Of a stretch of 64,000 nt of DNA, positions 26,766-40,086 are shown in pieces. The stretch is taken from the NCBI GenBank assembly GCA_951406725.2, contig OX597818.1:100130001-100194000 (forward strand), written 5' to 3'. Numbering within the stretch: the first letter of the stretch is position 1; the number at the start of each line of letters is the position of its first letter. The DNA is from Octopus vulgaris. Lineage: Eukaryota. Under the pieces are notes generated by a model that saw only the letters and a program-made list of their open reading frames with translations, had not been told where the DNA came from and searched no databases. Made by a program: the position numbers and the translations under genes.

Positions 26766-27250
26766 ACCTCAACGTCATTATCATCAGCAGCAGCATCATT
26801 GCCATCAACATCATTTGCAGCATGTGTGTGGGAGGAGGCGGTGGTATTATACGAACGTCGATAACGATGGCGGAGATGATGGTGACGCTGAGGATGATGA
26901 TGATGATGATGATGACGACGGTGATGCGACGAAGAAGACGACGACGAAGAGGACGATGGCAACGACGATGATGCTGATGATAAGGATGATGAGGATGGTG
27001 GTGGTCATGTATGCAGGTGATGCTTATTTCACATCAGAATACAACTAATTACATTTCCTTGGTAACGACATGACAAAAAAAGGCGGCAACAACGATGGCG
27101 ATGATGGTGATGATAACGAAGGAGAGAGAAGGGCAGAATTTTATACTGTGCTAGTGGCAACATGCACCTGAACAACCGACCAACAAACATAAGAACAAGA
27201 ACAGCAACAACAACTACTACAGCCACAGCAATAACAACAAGAATGTCTAA
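26700..27250. repeat. Low-complexity (CAT)n/(GAT)n/(GAC)n/(CAA)n region
   Basis: Direct reading. Confidence 0.85.
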
Positions 27251-27412
27251 GTTAAAATGTATATCACCTTCAACTAATTGTAGCTTGGGTTATGAATTCT
27301 AAATGGAAAGTTGTTTGTAAGCAGAATGACTGACGAACCTTCGAATGAGTTAATAGATTTAGTATTAGTAAAGCGTTCGTTAGTTATATTTTGTGTAATG
27401 ATGTACAAGAAC

Positions 27413-27648
27413 AGGCGTAGGAGTGGCTGCGTGGTAAGTAGCTTGCTTACCAACTACATGTTTCTTAGTTCAGTCCCACTGCGTGGCACCTTAGGCAAGT
27501 GTCTTCTACTATAGCCTCCGGCCGACCAAAGCCTTGTGAGTGGATATGGTAGATGGAAACTGAAAGAAGCCCGTCGTATACATGTATATATACTCTTTTA
27601 CTCTTTTATTTGTTTCAGCCATCCGGTTGAGGCCATGCTGGGGCACCG

Positions 27649-27681
<33 letters not shown>

Positions 27682-27917
27682 GTGTGTGTGTGTCTGTATG
27701 TTTGTGTGTCTATGCCTGTCCCCCGAACATCGCTTGACAACCGATGCTGTCGTGTTTACATCCCTGTAACTTAGCGGTTCGGCAAAAGAGTCTGATAGAT
27801 TTAAGTACTAGGCTTACAAAGAATAAGTCCTGGGGTTGATTTGCTTGACTAAAGGCGGTGCTCCAGCATGGCAACAGTCACATGACTGAAACAAGTAAAA
27901 GAGTCAAAGAGTAAAAG
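27413..27917 (+). mobile_element. SINE family A, full length, with a nested inverted 57-bp 3'-end fragment (27592-27648)
   Basis: ggcgtaggagtggctgcgtggtaag...gttcagtccc...ctgaaacaagtaaaagagtcaaagagtaaaag tail. Confidence 0.92.
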
Positions 27918-28022
27918 ATTACCCAACGATTTTTTGCACTTCCTGTAGGGATTGTAAGCCTGGTATCATTTTCAAATAGGTTTCAGTACCTTTTTTTTTT
28001 TTATCATTTCTAGAGTATTATC

Positions 28023-28082
<60 letters not shown>

Positions 28083-28097
28083 GTTATTATTATTACT

Positions 28098-28220
28098 ATT
28101 CAGTAGTTTTATTTTTATAGCGTGCTTTCACTTCACTACCGAGCGCAGCTCTGTGTGCCTTGGGTATGTGCTGTGATTGGTCGTGATGCTCTGATGGTTA
28201 TTGTATGGAAAGTGTTCTGC

Positions 28221-28222
<2 letters not shown>
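28098..28222 (-). mobile_element. 5'-truncated R4/Dong-type 3' end embedded in (TTA)n
   Basis: Minus cgcagaacactttccatacaataa (RRTLSIQ*) followed by the same UTR as 4993-5072; (TTA)n on both sides. Confidence 0.75.
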
Positions 28223-28277
<55 letters not shown>

Positions 28278-28278
<1 letters not shown>

Positions 28279-28930
28279 CAGGAGGAGCGACACAAATTTG
28301 AACATGGCATAGATTGGATATTATTAAGTTGATGATATAATACTATAATCATGGATGACGTGAACCAAGGACACATTGGAGTAGAGAATTGACAGCAGGT
28401 AATCAAATTTTAGGTGAAGTGACATTAGGAGAGGAATCATCCGGTGTGACAGTGTATCCTCATTGATCGGTGTATCCTCAGTGATCATTGATCATTGTGA
28501 CAGTGTATCCTCGTTGTTCATTTCAAAGAAGGCATTCAATAGCTATTGAATGCGTCCTTTAAAAGAGTCAAGAATAGGTCTGATGTGAACAATAATTGAA
28601 AACAATGAATACAAAAACATATTGGGAAAATATGGTAATAATCACAGAAAATTTACCATAATAGTTTCTAAAAGAGAAGAAACTAGAACACAGACAGAAT
28701 GATGGTTACTGTGGGACAGGATAAATGCCATTCCAAATGAAGCCACAAAAAAACAAGCCATAAGCTTGGATACATTAGCAGCTGCACAATATATGGAGAT
28801 CGAGAACAAACAATTAACAAATTGACATTTGCAACCCTGTTTTGACAGTATGTACCATTAATACACTGGGACTTAAGCCAGTATAGGGAAATGACAGGAA
28901 AAGAGAGGTGCTATACTATACACAGCTAAA
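28278..28930 (+). mobile_element. Heavily decayed, internally deleted R4/Dong-type RT fragment
   Basis: TNLNMA*IGY...ELTAGNQILGEV.IRRGI..CDSVSSL resembles NL.MAWIDY and GEV.IRRGIFQGDSLSPL; begins at (TTA)n. Confidence 0.65.
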
Positions 28931-29588
28931 AAATATCTTTGATGGCGATAGAAACGGTGATACTGGTGATGAAGTTTGTAATGATTATGATGCTGATGAT
29001 AAAACGAGTATAATAACGACATAAAATGTATTGATGCAAAGATGAGGAATTATTAAAAGGAAGCATTTTGATTCTTCATACAAATTTTCTCAATAATAAT
29101 TGTCAAAAAATTTTAAATCAACATTATTTCAAACAGCCCTAGTTCAGTCATCAAAAACAGATAAGGATGGCCCCAATCCTTATGTAATGGATAACGTTGT
29201 AGCTCTAGCTCGTGATGAATATGCGAGCGATAAGGAAGTTTGATATATTAAAAAAGAAAGATTATGATATTGAAGAGAAAGCTATATCAACTAAATGGTA
29301 TTGTAGTAATAAATTGTTGCGTACGCTGTAAGGCATTTTTTGTTATATGGTTGCAACAATTTTTTGTATTCTGGATGCAACTGTAGCAAATGTTGGTGTT
29401 TTCATAATGGATTATACGCATACAGAAAAGGTGTGTAGACACGGACAAAACGGCGATACACATTTATAGATATTTACATTCACAAAAGCTAACATACACA
29501 CACACACATGCACAGATACGCACAACACACTCACTCAGTCGTACACGCGTACATATATAAGTATAAATAAATATATTACTATAAATAC

Positions 29589-29642
<54 letters not shown>

Positions 29643-29700
29643 GGCGGTGCCCCAGCATGGCCACAGCTCGTGAGCTGAAACTAGATAAAATAAAAGTAAA
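29643..29700 (+). mobile_element. Approx. 58-bp 3'-terminal fragment of family A type inside (TA)n
   Basis: ggcggtgccccagcatggccacagc...gctgaaactagataaaataaaagtaaa flanked by TA repeats. Confidence 0.75.
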
Positions 29701-29726
29701 ATGATATATATATATATGGATATATG

Positions 29727-29757
<31 letters not shown>

Positions 29758-29767
29758 GGATATATAT

Positions 29768-29811
<44 letters not shown>

Positions 29812-30500
29812 ATATATGTATATATACATACACTCAGTTATATAAATATATACAATAAGGATTTTTTCATATTAACTCATAAGAGTTGATCCACGTTTTC
29901 CCTTTAATGGCGCTGGCACAAGTGGTAAAAGCGTTCAGCCTTTCGTCTTTTGACAAACCATCAAAGGAAAACCTTCATATTTATCACCATCCAGCGGTTA
30001 AAAACCCTCTCGCTTAACTTGGTCAGTCATCTTTTTTCTGCAAGTCTTCTCACTATATTTTTCTTTGAAGTATTTAATAGCTTCGGCAGCAGAAGAATCA
30101 ATATGATACATTTATCGTGCGTATATATAAAACACAAACAGACAAACACATACACACGCACACACAGGGAAACGTATGCAGATGTTTATATATATATATA
30201 TATAGTCTTTCTCATATAGTGTTTGCTATATGTCCCCCAAACTTTCGTGAGTTGAGTTGAGCAAACACTATATGAAAAAGGTTTTCTTTAAGTATTAGAA
30301 ATTTTAAAAAAGTTTTTTAGCTGCTAGTTTCTAATGACGTTCAGTAATCGCGATTAATCATGTAATTTATTTTACTAACCCATGATTGTTATAATGTAAT
30401 AATTTGAATTCGCCTTAAATGGTTCCTTTCAGTCATACTGAAGCACATTGGGAAATTGTATTAATAATATAATTAATTTTACCAACTCAATTGTTGAAAT

Positions 30501-30660
<160 letters not shown>

Positions 30661-30725
30661 TATACTGCTATTTCTAAATTCGGTGTGTGGTGAGGCAAAT
30701 CGTTGCTAAACCCTTAATTACTTAC

Positions 30726-30744
<19 letters not shown>

Positions 30745-30776
<32 letters not shown>

Positions 30777-30895
30777 CTTTGTGTCTGTGTTTGTCCCACC
30801 ACCATCACTTGACAACTTATGTTGGTGTGTTTACCTCCGCGTAACATCGAGGTTCGGAAAGAGATACCAATGGGCTACTAAACTTACAAAGAATA
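30745..30895 (+). mobile_element. SINE family A middle fragment
   Basis: gtgtctgtgtttgtccc...cttgacaac...ggtgtgtttac...ggttcggaaagagatac...cttacaaagaataa. Confidence 0.7.
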
Positions 30896-31267
30896 ATTAC
30901 AAACGGACATAAACGTTGAGGATTGAATAGAATCAGTGAAGAGAAGAAATTTACCGATGGTAAAAGAAAGTCAGGCAGTCGATAAACATCATCATGGACC
31001 CTACGCAAGATAAATAAATAAACTCAAATAATTCAAGTTACACCCTATTATTTTATATATTGTGCCTTTGTATCGATAATTTAGCGCCGTCATATCATTA
31101 ATGTATTAACACGAGTATCATTTTAAAATATTTTGCGTTGTTACTATATCATAATTATTCATGGTAAACAATTTGTTTTCCCACCACATTTTTTATGTAG
31201 TCGATCACAATCCATTTTCAAAAGTAGTTTTTACTTCTTACATCGTCATTCTATTTTCAATAATTAT

Positions 31268-31327
31268 CATATATATATATACATATGTGTGTGTGTGTGT
31301 GCGTGCGTGTGTGTGTATGTATATATT

Positions 31328-31377
<50 letters not shown>

Positions 31378-31386
31378 CATATATAT

Positions 31387-31418
<32 letters not shown>

Positions 31419-31447
31419 GTATATGCATATATATATATATGTATATA

Positions 31448-31492
<45 letters not shown>

Positions 31493-31510
31493 CATATAAA
31501 TATATATATG

Positions 31511-31543
<33 letters not shown>

Positions 31544-31621
31544 GTATATATATATATGTATATACATATATATATATACATATGTATATACATATATATA
31601 TACATATGTATATACATATAT

Positions 31622-31665
<44 letters not shown>

Positions 31666-31745
31666 GTATATGTATATATATGTATATACATATATATATA
31701 CACACACTCACACCCACACACATATATATATATGTATATACATGT
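31268..31745. repeat. Compound (TA)/(TATG)/(TACA) microsatellite
   Basis: Direct reading. Confidence 0.95.
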
Positions 31746-32417
31746 AGATATTGTATATGTGTCTATAGGTAGGATACATTTTTAATAATTTAGAAATTCA
31801 TGATTCATCATGATATTTATCTTACTTCATCACACATTATTTTTGAGATTTTTAAGATATTATTTCCATATATCTTTTTCTTCATCAGCTAATCGGTTTT
31901 TCATCATCACCTTCTACGATTTATCATCGAATTCAAGATATTTCCGAACAGCGTGCGCCCAGCTAATTCTATTACACCACATACTCTTCTAATATTCATC
32001 TTGCTATCAATCATGTTTTATACCGTTTATAGTTAATTCGCATTACGCCCACTCGTGGGTCACCACTCTTTCATGTCCTTCTCCCTTACTATTTTTCATT
32101 GCGTATCTCTCTTGTTTTCAATGTCACTTATAAATTTCCTTTGTTTTTCCTTTACTTGATATGTCCTCCAGTCTTCATGAGAAGTGTATTGTACCCTAAG
32201 TATGTTTCTCCAAGTACATGTTCGTTACATTCTCTTAATCATTGAAAAATTCACTGAAGTGAGGCGTTCTAAAATTTCTATCCTCACCTTTTCCATAATG
32301 TCACGAAAGACCTATTTTTCTTTTTACTTCCATATTTATACTCTATATCCGTACTCTGTCGATATATATATATAGGTCGGGTCCATATACATTCCTACAT
32401 ACATATATATATATATA

Positions 32418-32633
32418 GTTAATCCAAACATAAAAACACAAAGAGAAAACACAACAACGCGAGGACGTGGAATAAGTATAGTATTACTGGACACTCAGGA
32501 AAGAAAGAAAGAAGGGGGGTTTAACGTTTCGAGCAGAGCTCTTCGTCAGAAACATATGGAACGAAAAGATCCAAAGAAGGGAAGACAGAGGAGAAAAAAA
32601 TCGCCAACGGTACACACGCGGTCACATTTTGAA
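32418..32633 (-). mobile_element. Short repeat family H1 with hammerhead motif, between TA tracts
   Basis: High similarity to 37585-37799; 3' end abuts (TA)n. Confidence 0.85.
32519..32553 (-). ncRNA. Minimal type-I hammerhead ribozyme motif
   Basis: Minus gttt-CTGACGA-a-gagc tct gctc-GAAAC-GTT-aaac: stem I gttt/aaac, stem II gagc/gctc, loopless palindromic stem III (ACGT). Confidence 0.78.
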
Positions 32634-32640
32634 TGCAATT

Positions 32641-32688
<48 letters not shown>

Positions 32689-33332
32689 GTCAGCTATGTA
32701 GTACCGTGATATTACTAATCTTTGAAATTTATACGCGCCAAAACTACACTGATCCTCATTTCTATGGCTGGCGAACGGTGTCTTTCTCCGTTAATTGCTT
32801 TCATATATCAGTTTCATTTCACTATTAAGAAAACATATATGTTACATGCGCCTATGTAGAGGGCTATGTGTGAGTAAGTATGTGCTTGTTAAATATGTAA
32901 ATAGAAAAGCGTTAACGCATAAATATGAATTAGATATATATTCTATTCAATTTTATATTTATCTTGTGGTTATACGTATGTTTATATTTTTTTCTTTTCA
33001 GGCGATCGAGACAAAACCAATTCATAAATTTGTTGCGTTGTTTTATATTGAGATTAATCTTTTACTAACAAAATAAAGAAAAAAATATTTACGGAAATGA
33101 TTATATACAAAATGAAAAATACGTGATTTTCACTTCACACACGACCATTCAAGGCTCATCATCATATTCATATATTTCCCTGCACTTCTTGTAGATCAAA
33201 TAACACAAACACACACACACACACACTCACACACGTACATGCACTTACAAACGTATGTAAATATGAATATATGCCTGCAATAATAAATCTTTGAGCGAGG
33301 TATAAACAGTAGCTGCACGACATCGTGAAGTA

Positions 33333-33522
33333 TATTTGCAAAGGGAAGCCATCCTTCCCATTTCCAACCTGACATGGTACACACGGACCCGAGTTTCTGG
33401 ATATATTGACCCGTCATCAGCATTAGATAATCCTCGTCTCACATGCTGATGACGGGTCAATACCCAGAAACTCGGGTCCGTGTCAGGTTGGAGATGAGAA
33501 AGATGGCTTCACTTTGCAAATA
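33333..33522. repeat. 190-bp imperfect palindrome (arms 33333-33423 and 33443-33522) with a hammerhead in each arm
   Basis: cggacccgagtttctgg...ttgacccgtcatcagcat is the reverse complement of atgctgatgacgggtcaa...ccagaaactcgggtccg; outer tatttgcaaag / ctttgcaaata. Confidence 0.93.
33441..33483 (+). ncRNA. Type-I hammerhead ribozyme motif (mirror copy on the minus strand at 33381-33423)
   Basis: acatg-CTGATGA-c-gggt caat accc-a-GAAAC-tcgg-GTC-cgtgt: 5-bp stem I with one GU pair, 4-bp stem II, GUC triplet. Confidence 0.75.
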
Positions 33523-35020
33523 CTGATAGGGCACAGAATGTGTGTCAATAACCCGCTGGAGGAGGTGTTCTCCTGGAGCTACAAGCTACAGTAGCATCCA
33601 CACTTAAGGGTTAGCCACATTTAAGTAGCAAATATTCTTCACGAATATATGCCTGATTATCTACGTGTATATAATTCGGTAGGAAATAGCAATTAGGTAA
33701 GTAGTCCTCCTATGTAACTGTTATGCTGCACTCTACTTGCTGTTGCATATAAATACACATATATACAGACAGACAGATGAGATGTATACATACATACACA
33801 CACACACACACATATATATGAGAGAGAGAAAGAGAGATACATAAGTGTTTGAGGTTGCGTTTCTTGTGTGTGTGCGTTATTCTTTAAGTTCTTTGTTTCT
33901 ATTGAATAAATCGGATTACACCAATTAAGTACAGTCTGCTAATTTACTGAAAATGGAGCAGCAGAAATACTCTTGTCAATTCTATTCAGACACTAGACAG
34001 GTTTCAAAAAATAAGAAAAATTAAAAGACATGTAGCAAAAAAACGCATGCTTTTGTCTTTACTATTCTCAGACATCTGCTTGCATCGTAATGTGTTGGAA
34101 CAAAAGGAATAATATAATGATAAATAGTTAGACAAGTAATGCGTGTTAATAAAATTATACGAAAAACTAATATATAAATCTAAACTTAAAATAGTTAAAT
34201 ATTACATGCAAACATGTATTCCTACATGTAAGCACACGTATCTACTTGTGTACTATCGTGTGCGTGCACATACATATAGGTGTGTGTGTGTGTGTGTGCT
34301 TGCGTGCTCTTTTGTGTATATGAATATGTGTATTGAACTGAGAATAGTTCCAGTACATATCAAGGCTGTAAATGTAATTGGAAACGAAAGAAGAAACAAA
34401 CACTTTTTTCTCTAAAAATAATCTCTTTTATTCGTTTCTAGATTGTATCATTGATCTTATTCAGGCAAATTTCTCAGTATTTTCCCTAAACTAATGTATC
34501 AATATTCCATATACTTAACACTATCGTAGTGAAGTGCCACGGAGGGGAATGACACCACTTAGTGCTTAACCATTCAGTAACGGATCTTTTCATTTGTCAT
34601 ACACTAGACGTTAAAATGTTTGTATTAATGCGCTCATGTCGAAGTGGAAGATACGACTTTAAATTTGTTTTATGCCTCGCTGTCTGTAATTAAATAAAGA
34701 TTATATCAAGTTTTTGTGCACGTATACTGTTGGATACACTGATTTACCTGATAACATTTTACTAGTTTCTTCCTATTTCCTGCTACGTTGTTAGCGCATG
34801 AATCAGCAATAATTCATCAATTTACTTACCCAAACAATGGCTGCCAATATCATGAGGTTTTATTGATTCGTAGAGTATTATATTGTTGTCAAGCATTCAG
34901 TAAAATATGCGGTGAACGACTTAGCTTCTGTGAAATAATAGATGATTCTAAAATATTAATGTTCGGCAACTTTTATTGCATGAAAATATGCTTGGTTATG
35001 TTGCATTATATATACATATA

Positions 35021-35185
35021 TATATGTTGCCGCAAACGACGAAAGATGGAATAATTTGTGCTTAGATCTAAACTGAAAAGCGTTACGCAGATATCAGTGA
35101 AATTCACCTGATATCCACTAAATGTTATTCAGTGGAGATCTAAGCACAAATTATCTGACTTCTTGCGGCTTGTTGCAACATATAT
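35021..35185. mobile_element. Fold-back MITE-like element flanked by TA
   Basis: Termini tatatgttgc / gcaacatata; perfect 19-bp inner arms ataatttgtgcttagatct (35051-35069) / agatctaagcacaaattat (35136-35154); centre gatatcag..ctgatatc. Confidence 0.75.
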
Positions 35186-35326
35186 AACGCATTGGTACCG
35201 AAAAAAGCCTCGCACACATGCACAAGAACATAAACTCTCACCTTTAATCTTTCTTACATGTACACCCTAGGCACACACATATTTGCATGCGATCGTTTGA
35301 GTGCGTATGCGTATGTGCGTGTATGC

Positions 35327-35364
<38 letters not shown>

Positions 35365-37584
35365 TATATGAATTTATGTATATGCAGAGGAGAGTAGGGA
35401 GAAAGACAGGGAGAAAGAGAAAGAAAGTGAGATGGAGTGAGAGAAATGGGTACAAGGAGCGAGAAAGAGAAGAGGGTGAAATAAAAGAGAAGGCTAAATT
35501 GCGGCGGATATAAACGTGCAGATACATTGGTTCTTACATGCATGGCTGATTATTTCAGTTACTTTTCTGTTAGTCATTCCAAGCATGACTACGATAATAA
35601 GAATGAACGAATAAACTTTGCCTGGGTATGAAGTTCCTCAAGCATTTTATTGCGACAGAACATTCAATATGAAGGAATATTGTATGCATATAAATACATG
35701 CATACATACAAGCATACATGCATGAATACACATATATACAATATACATATGTGCGTATGTTTGTGCGTGTGTATGCACGTATGTATTATGTGTGTGTTTG
35801 TAAGTTTGTGTGTGCGTATGCATGTGTGTGTACATGTATTTAATTTCTTGTTCTGCTTGCATTTGATTGTATTCGTATATGTAAATTTGGAACTCACCTA
35901 TCTAAAATCTCAAAGCTGATATTTGCAAAAGAGAATTCCTTGCCCACGGTAACATATCTTAATAAAACTAAATATCACCTGACAAAAACACCAATCTTTT
36001 TATAGTCATGAATACTTTGCACTAAAAATTGTCACTTTTTCCTACGTGAATTCTCTGGCTGTCAATCACCATATCTAGACGCTGTTGACGAGTGTTACCC
36101 TCCGGCTCAATACATCATATTAGTTAAACAGCATGTGGTATTCAAACAGACTTTGTAAAGTTAGATCCCCTTAGGTTGAATGGCATTTTAATATCCATAA
36201 GGTATTGTTGCTTATCCAAATAGCTTCAGTTAGTACCAGAAGAGAAGACATCGACACTTAATACATAGACAGTATCACCACCACAACCACAAACACAACC
36301 ATCACCAACGGCCACAATATTGATAAGAAATAAGTAAGAAATAAGCTGTACTATTGTCCGTTATAAATCGTTCAGTATTAAAGCAACAGTAAAAAATAAG
36401 ATAAATGTATTCAAAGAAATGTTTTCTTTCAAGTAAAAAGGCCAGTTTTTTTTTTCTGATGTTACATTACAGTCCATTGAATCAGACCGAATATAGAATA
36501 AGAACGGATTTTATTGACATTTGGGCGATGACAAGTAAAGTCGACTCCAGTCTGAAAGTATTTAATTATAGAGCTTCAAATATATCAGAGCCGTTGCGAT
36601 TCCTGCCCGCTCCTACACAAATACGGTAATTTCACGTGGACAACGAATAGAAAAAAAGCGGTGGGGGTGGAGAAATGGTATAGACAATAGAAAAAAAAAA
36701 GCATTTCGGTGCAATCAACACTGACAGATCGTTAGTCATTATTTTATCTCCTCTAGTATGGATCAAAGATAAACTAAATGATTTGAAGGAAAATAGAATA
36801 AATCAGTTATAAATTTTCAGTCGTATACAGGGGCAGTGGGCAAAGACAAAAGATGTAGGTTTTTATCAAAATATTCTGCAATCCATTGTTTACAGATCTC
36901 TTCCCAATGTTCGTAGAAGACTGGTGTTCACTAGACATCTAAGCTTTCGGTGAGCATACAAGGACGGTGACCAATGAAACCTGAGGTACAAGGCAAAGGG
37001 CAAACAGCAGAGTTTGAATTTGTCTGGCAGTAAAGTCTTATCGATAGTTGAATGTCCTTCTCCGGAGAAGTCTAAGTCGAATATGACGAAATAAAACATG
37101 TAAAAACGAATATGCACAAACATTCTTGTCTATCAATAAGCACAACAACCAAAATACATATGTTTACGCATATAGAAATAGTTTACAATCTTACCTCAAA
37201 GAGAAGTTATATGTGCTTCGAAATGCACTGAAATAGAATACATACACACATACACACATGCAGGCACACGCACTCACACACACACACACGCTCTTTCTCT
37301 CAAACAAACACACAAAAAGAAACGCTCACACATGTGTATTTATATATACTCTATTTTGGGATCACGTAGCACATACAGGTTCTTTCTTCAGTTAAGCTGG
37401 AAAATCATATTTATATATGTATATATAATTTTAACACAAACTGAAGGATTATTCAATGTCGGGTGTTAGAGAAGGTTAATTAAACTTTTACAAGATTAAG
37501 TATGAGAGTAACATTGAAGCTTCGAAGTGTCGCTTTATTCGCATTCGTCATTTATATATGTCTGCATATGTGTGCATATACATA

Positions 37585-37799
37585 GTTAATTCAAACATGA
37601 AAGCACAAAAAAAAACACAACAACGCGAGGACGTGGAACAAATATAGTATTATTGGACGTTCTGGAAAGAAGGAAAAAAGGAGGGTTTAACGTTTCGAGC
37701 GGAGCTCTTCGTCGGAAACATGGGAGAAGGAAAGATTCAGAGAAGGGAAGACAGAGGAAAAAAATTCGCCAACGGTAAATACGCGGTCACATTTTGAAT
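37585..37799 (-). mobile_element. Family H1 copy with a mutated hammerhead core (CCGACGA, 37685-37719)
   Basis: Minus gtttCCGACGAagagctccgctcGAAACGTTaaac; otherwise matches 32418-32633. Confidence 0.85.
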
Positions 37800-38027
37800 A
37801 TATATATATATATATCCTTTAACTTCTTGTTTTGTCGACTCAGCAAATCAATTTGAAAACTTAGCATGTTTAATCGAAAGAAGATAACAATAATTGTTTC
37901 CACCAAACTTCCCTTTGATGTTTGAAAGAACATTCAGAGAGTGAATATTCATAAAAAACCAGGCTCGGAAACGAGCACCTCGGAATATACGGAATCGGAG
38001 ACTTTATGTTGTAGTGTGTGTGTGTGT

Positions 38028-38063
<36 letters not shown>

Positions 38064-38699
38064 GCACACACTCACACATGTATATGTGTATATATGTATA
38101 CGCATATATACGTATATCTATATAATGTGCGTATGTATGTGCGCGTGTGCCTGTGCAGATAGAAAGACATGTTGTTCGCATGTAAATGCGTCAATATACG
38201 AAAGCAGCATTCTTGTCTTTTTTACAAATCAACATACACACACACACACACACAATCATGATAAAAAAAGATACAGATTTTATTTTTTATTATAGCAGAT
38301 ATGTAGTTAAATAAACACACATAGATTCAGGGAAGGAAACAAGTTCATATTCACATACACTAACATCACATTTGGTATGCATACAAGCAGACAGCTGCCA
38401 TGAAATTATCAGGTATAGGACGCCATTTGGTTGACGTCCATTGTTAGCTCAGCACTCCAAATAACAAAAGCATATCGTAGGGGAGAATTGATCAAAAATC
38501 AATGGCTCAGATTCAATGCTACCAGCCAAATTACTTAAGCCTCACTGCATGTCTACAGATAGTGCACATCCTTACTGCTATTTCAGTCTACTTGTAATAT
38601 GAAAAAAAAAACAAAAACATTTTACGAATGTTCGCGCGCGTGCATACACATGCGTTTGTGTATACGTAAAACTACACACTCATAGAAAAGGACAGTGTA

Positions 38700-38784
38700 T
38701 GAGTACAGATGTATGTATATGTATGATGTATGTATGTATGTATGTATGTACGTACACACACACAGATATATGTATATATGTATG

Positions 38785-38825
<41 letters not shown>

Positions 38826-39009
38826 TTGTGTGTATGTATATACAGAAAAGCTATAAAGCATTTGGGATTGGTCTCGGATATATGTATACATACATACATA
38901 CATACATATACATATATATATATACATACATATATATATATATATAAAAATATATATATATACATATATACATACATATATATATATACACACATATATA
39001 TATACATAC

Positions 39010-39040
<31 letters not shown>

Positions 39041-39245
39041 CATATATATATACATACATATATATATACATATATATATACATATATATATATATATACA
39101 CACATATATATATATATATATAAATACATATATATATATACATATTTAAATATACACATATATATATATTGGATTCATTTGCGATATAAATATATATATA
39201 TATATATGTATATATATGTATGTCTGTGTGTGTGTGTGTGCATAG
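38700..39245. repeat. Compound (TATG)/(TA)/(TG)/(TACA) microsatellite
   Basis: Direct reading. Confidence 0.93.
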
Positions 39246-39584
39246 AACAGTCGCATATGCACACATAAAAATATTAGCCATATAAATGGTTCCACGGTTC
39301 CATATGTGCATCTGAGTAGCTTCTGCGTGTATTGTATTCTTTATTCTTTGTAAGTAGGCTACATATTGCGTTTTCACTTTTCAGTGTCGTACAGGGAGCT
39401 GAGTTGGCAGTTTAAAGCGCCATTAAGTGACGAGTTCTAAAGGTACTAGCATACAAATATATAGACATATTTGTGCACGTAGTCGCAGCTGCATCTATAC
39501 ATTTGCAGATACGCACACAATTATATTTGAGCATACATACACAAGTACACACACACACACATAGATAGGTAGATATATATATAG

Positions 39585-39586
39585 AG

Positions 39587-39647
<61 letters not shown>
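39585..39647. repeat. (GATA)n microsatellite
   Basis: Direct reading. Confidence 0.97.
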
Positions 39648-40023
39648 TACTGATGATCACATACAAAAACCATATGAGTGCATAGCCTTATGTACTGATC
39701 CACTCCTTGTAATCTGTTTGAATGGAATACTTGACAGGAAAGAGAGGGAAACATGTATTGAAGATATGATATGATGGTGAATTCTGAAAAACAGGCAAAG
39801 CTTATTCAAAATCCTATCATAAGTGTTCCTTTGAATAGATTATATGATAAAAGTAGGCCACAAGGAGGCCAGGAGAAGAAAGGTGATGAATGTCAAGGGA
39901 TGTATTAAGCAACATGAGCGGTAAATATTGGAAGCATTGACAGATAATACTCTCTGGTTTAACAGATGAATGGGAAATGAAAGAGTTACTACACTAATTG
40001 AATTTGACATTCGATGATTTGGT

Positions 40024-40086
<63 letters not shown>

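Noticed and set aside
26551-27048. Poly-Ser/His/Asp/Met ORFs resembling a low-complexity protein exon
   Set aside because: Open in several frames on both strands because of (CAT/GAT)n; no non-repetitive coding context or convincing splice sites
36890-37123. Possible minus-strand exon (77-aa ORF, non-repetitive)
   Set aside because: No recognisable protein similarity and no clear donor site or neighbouring exons
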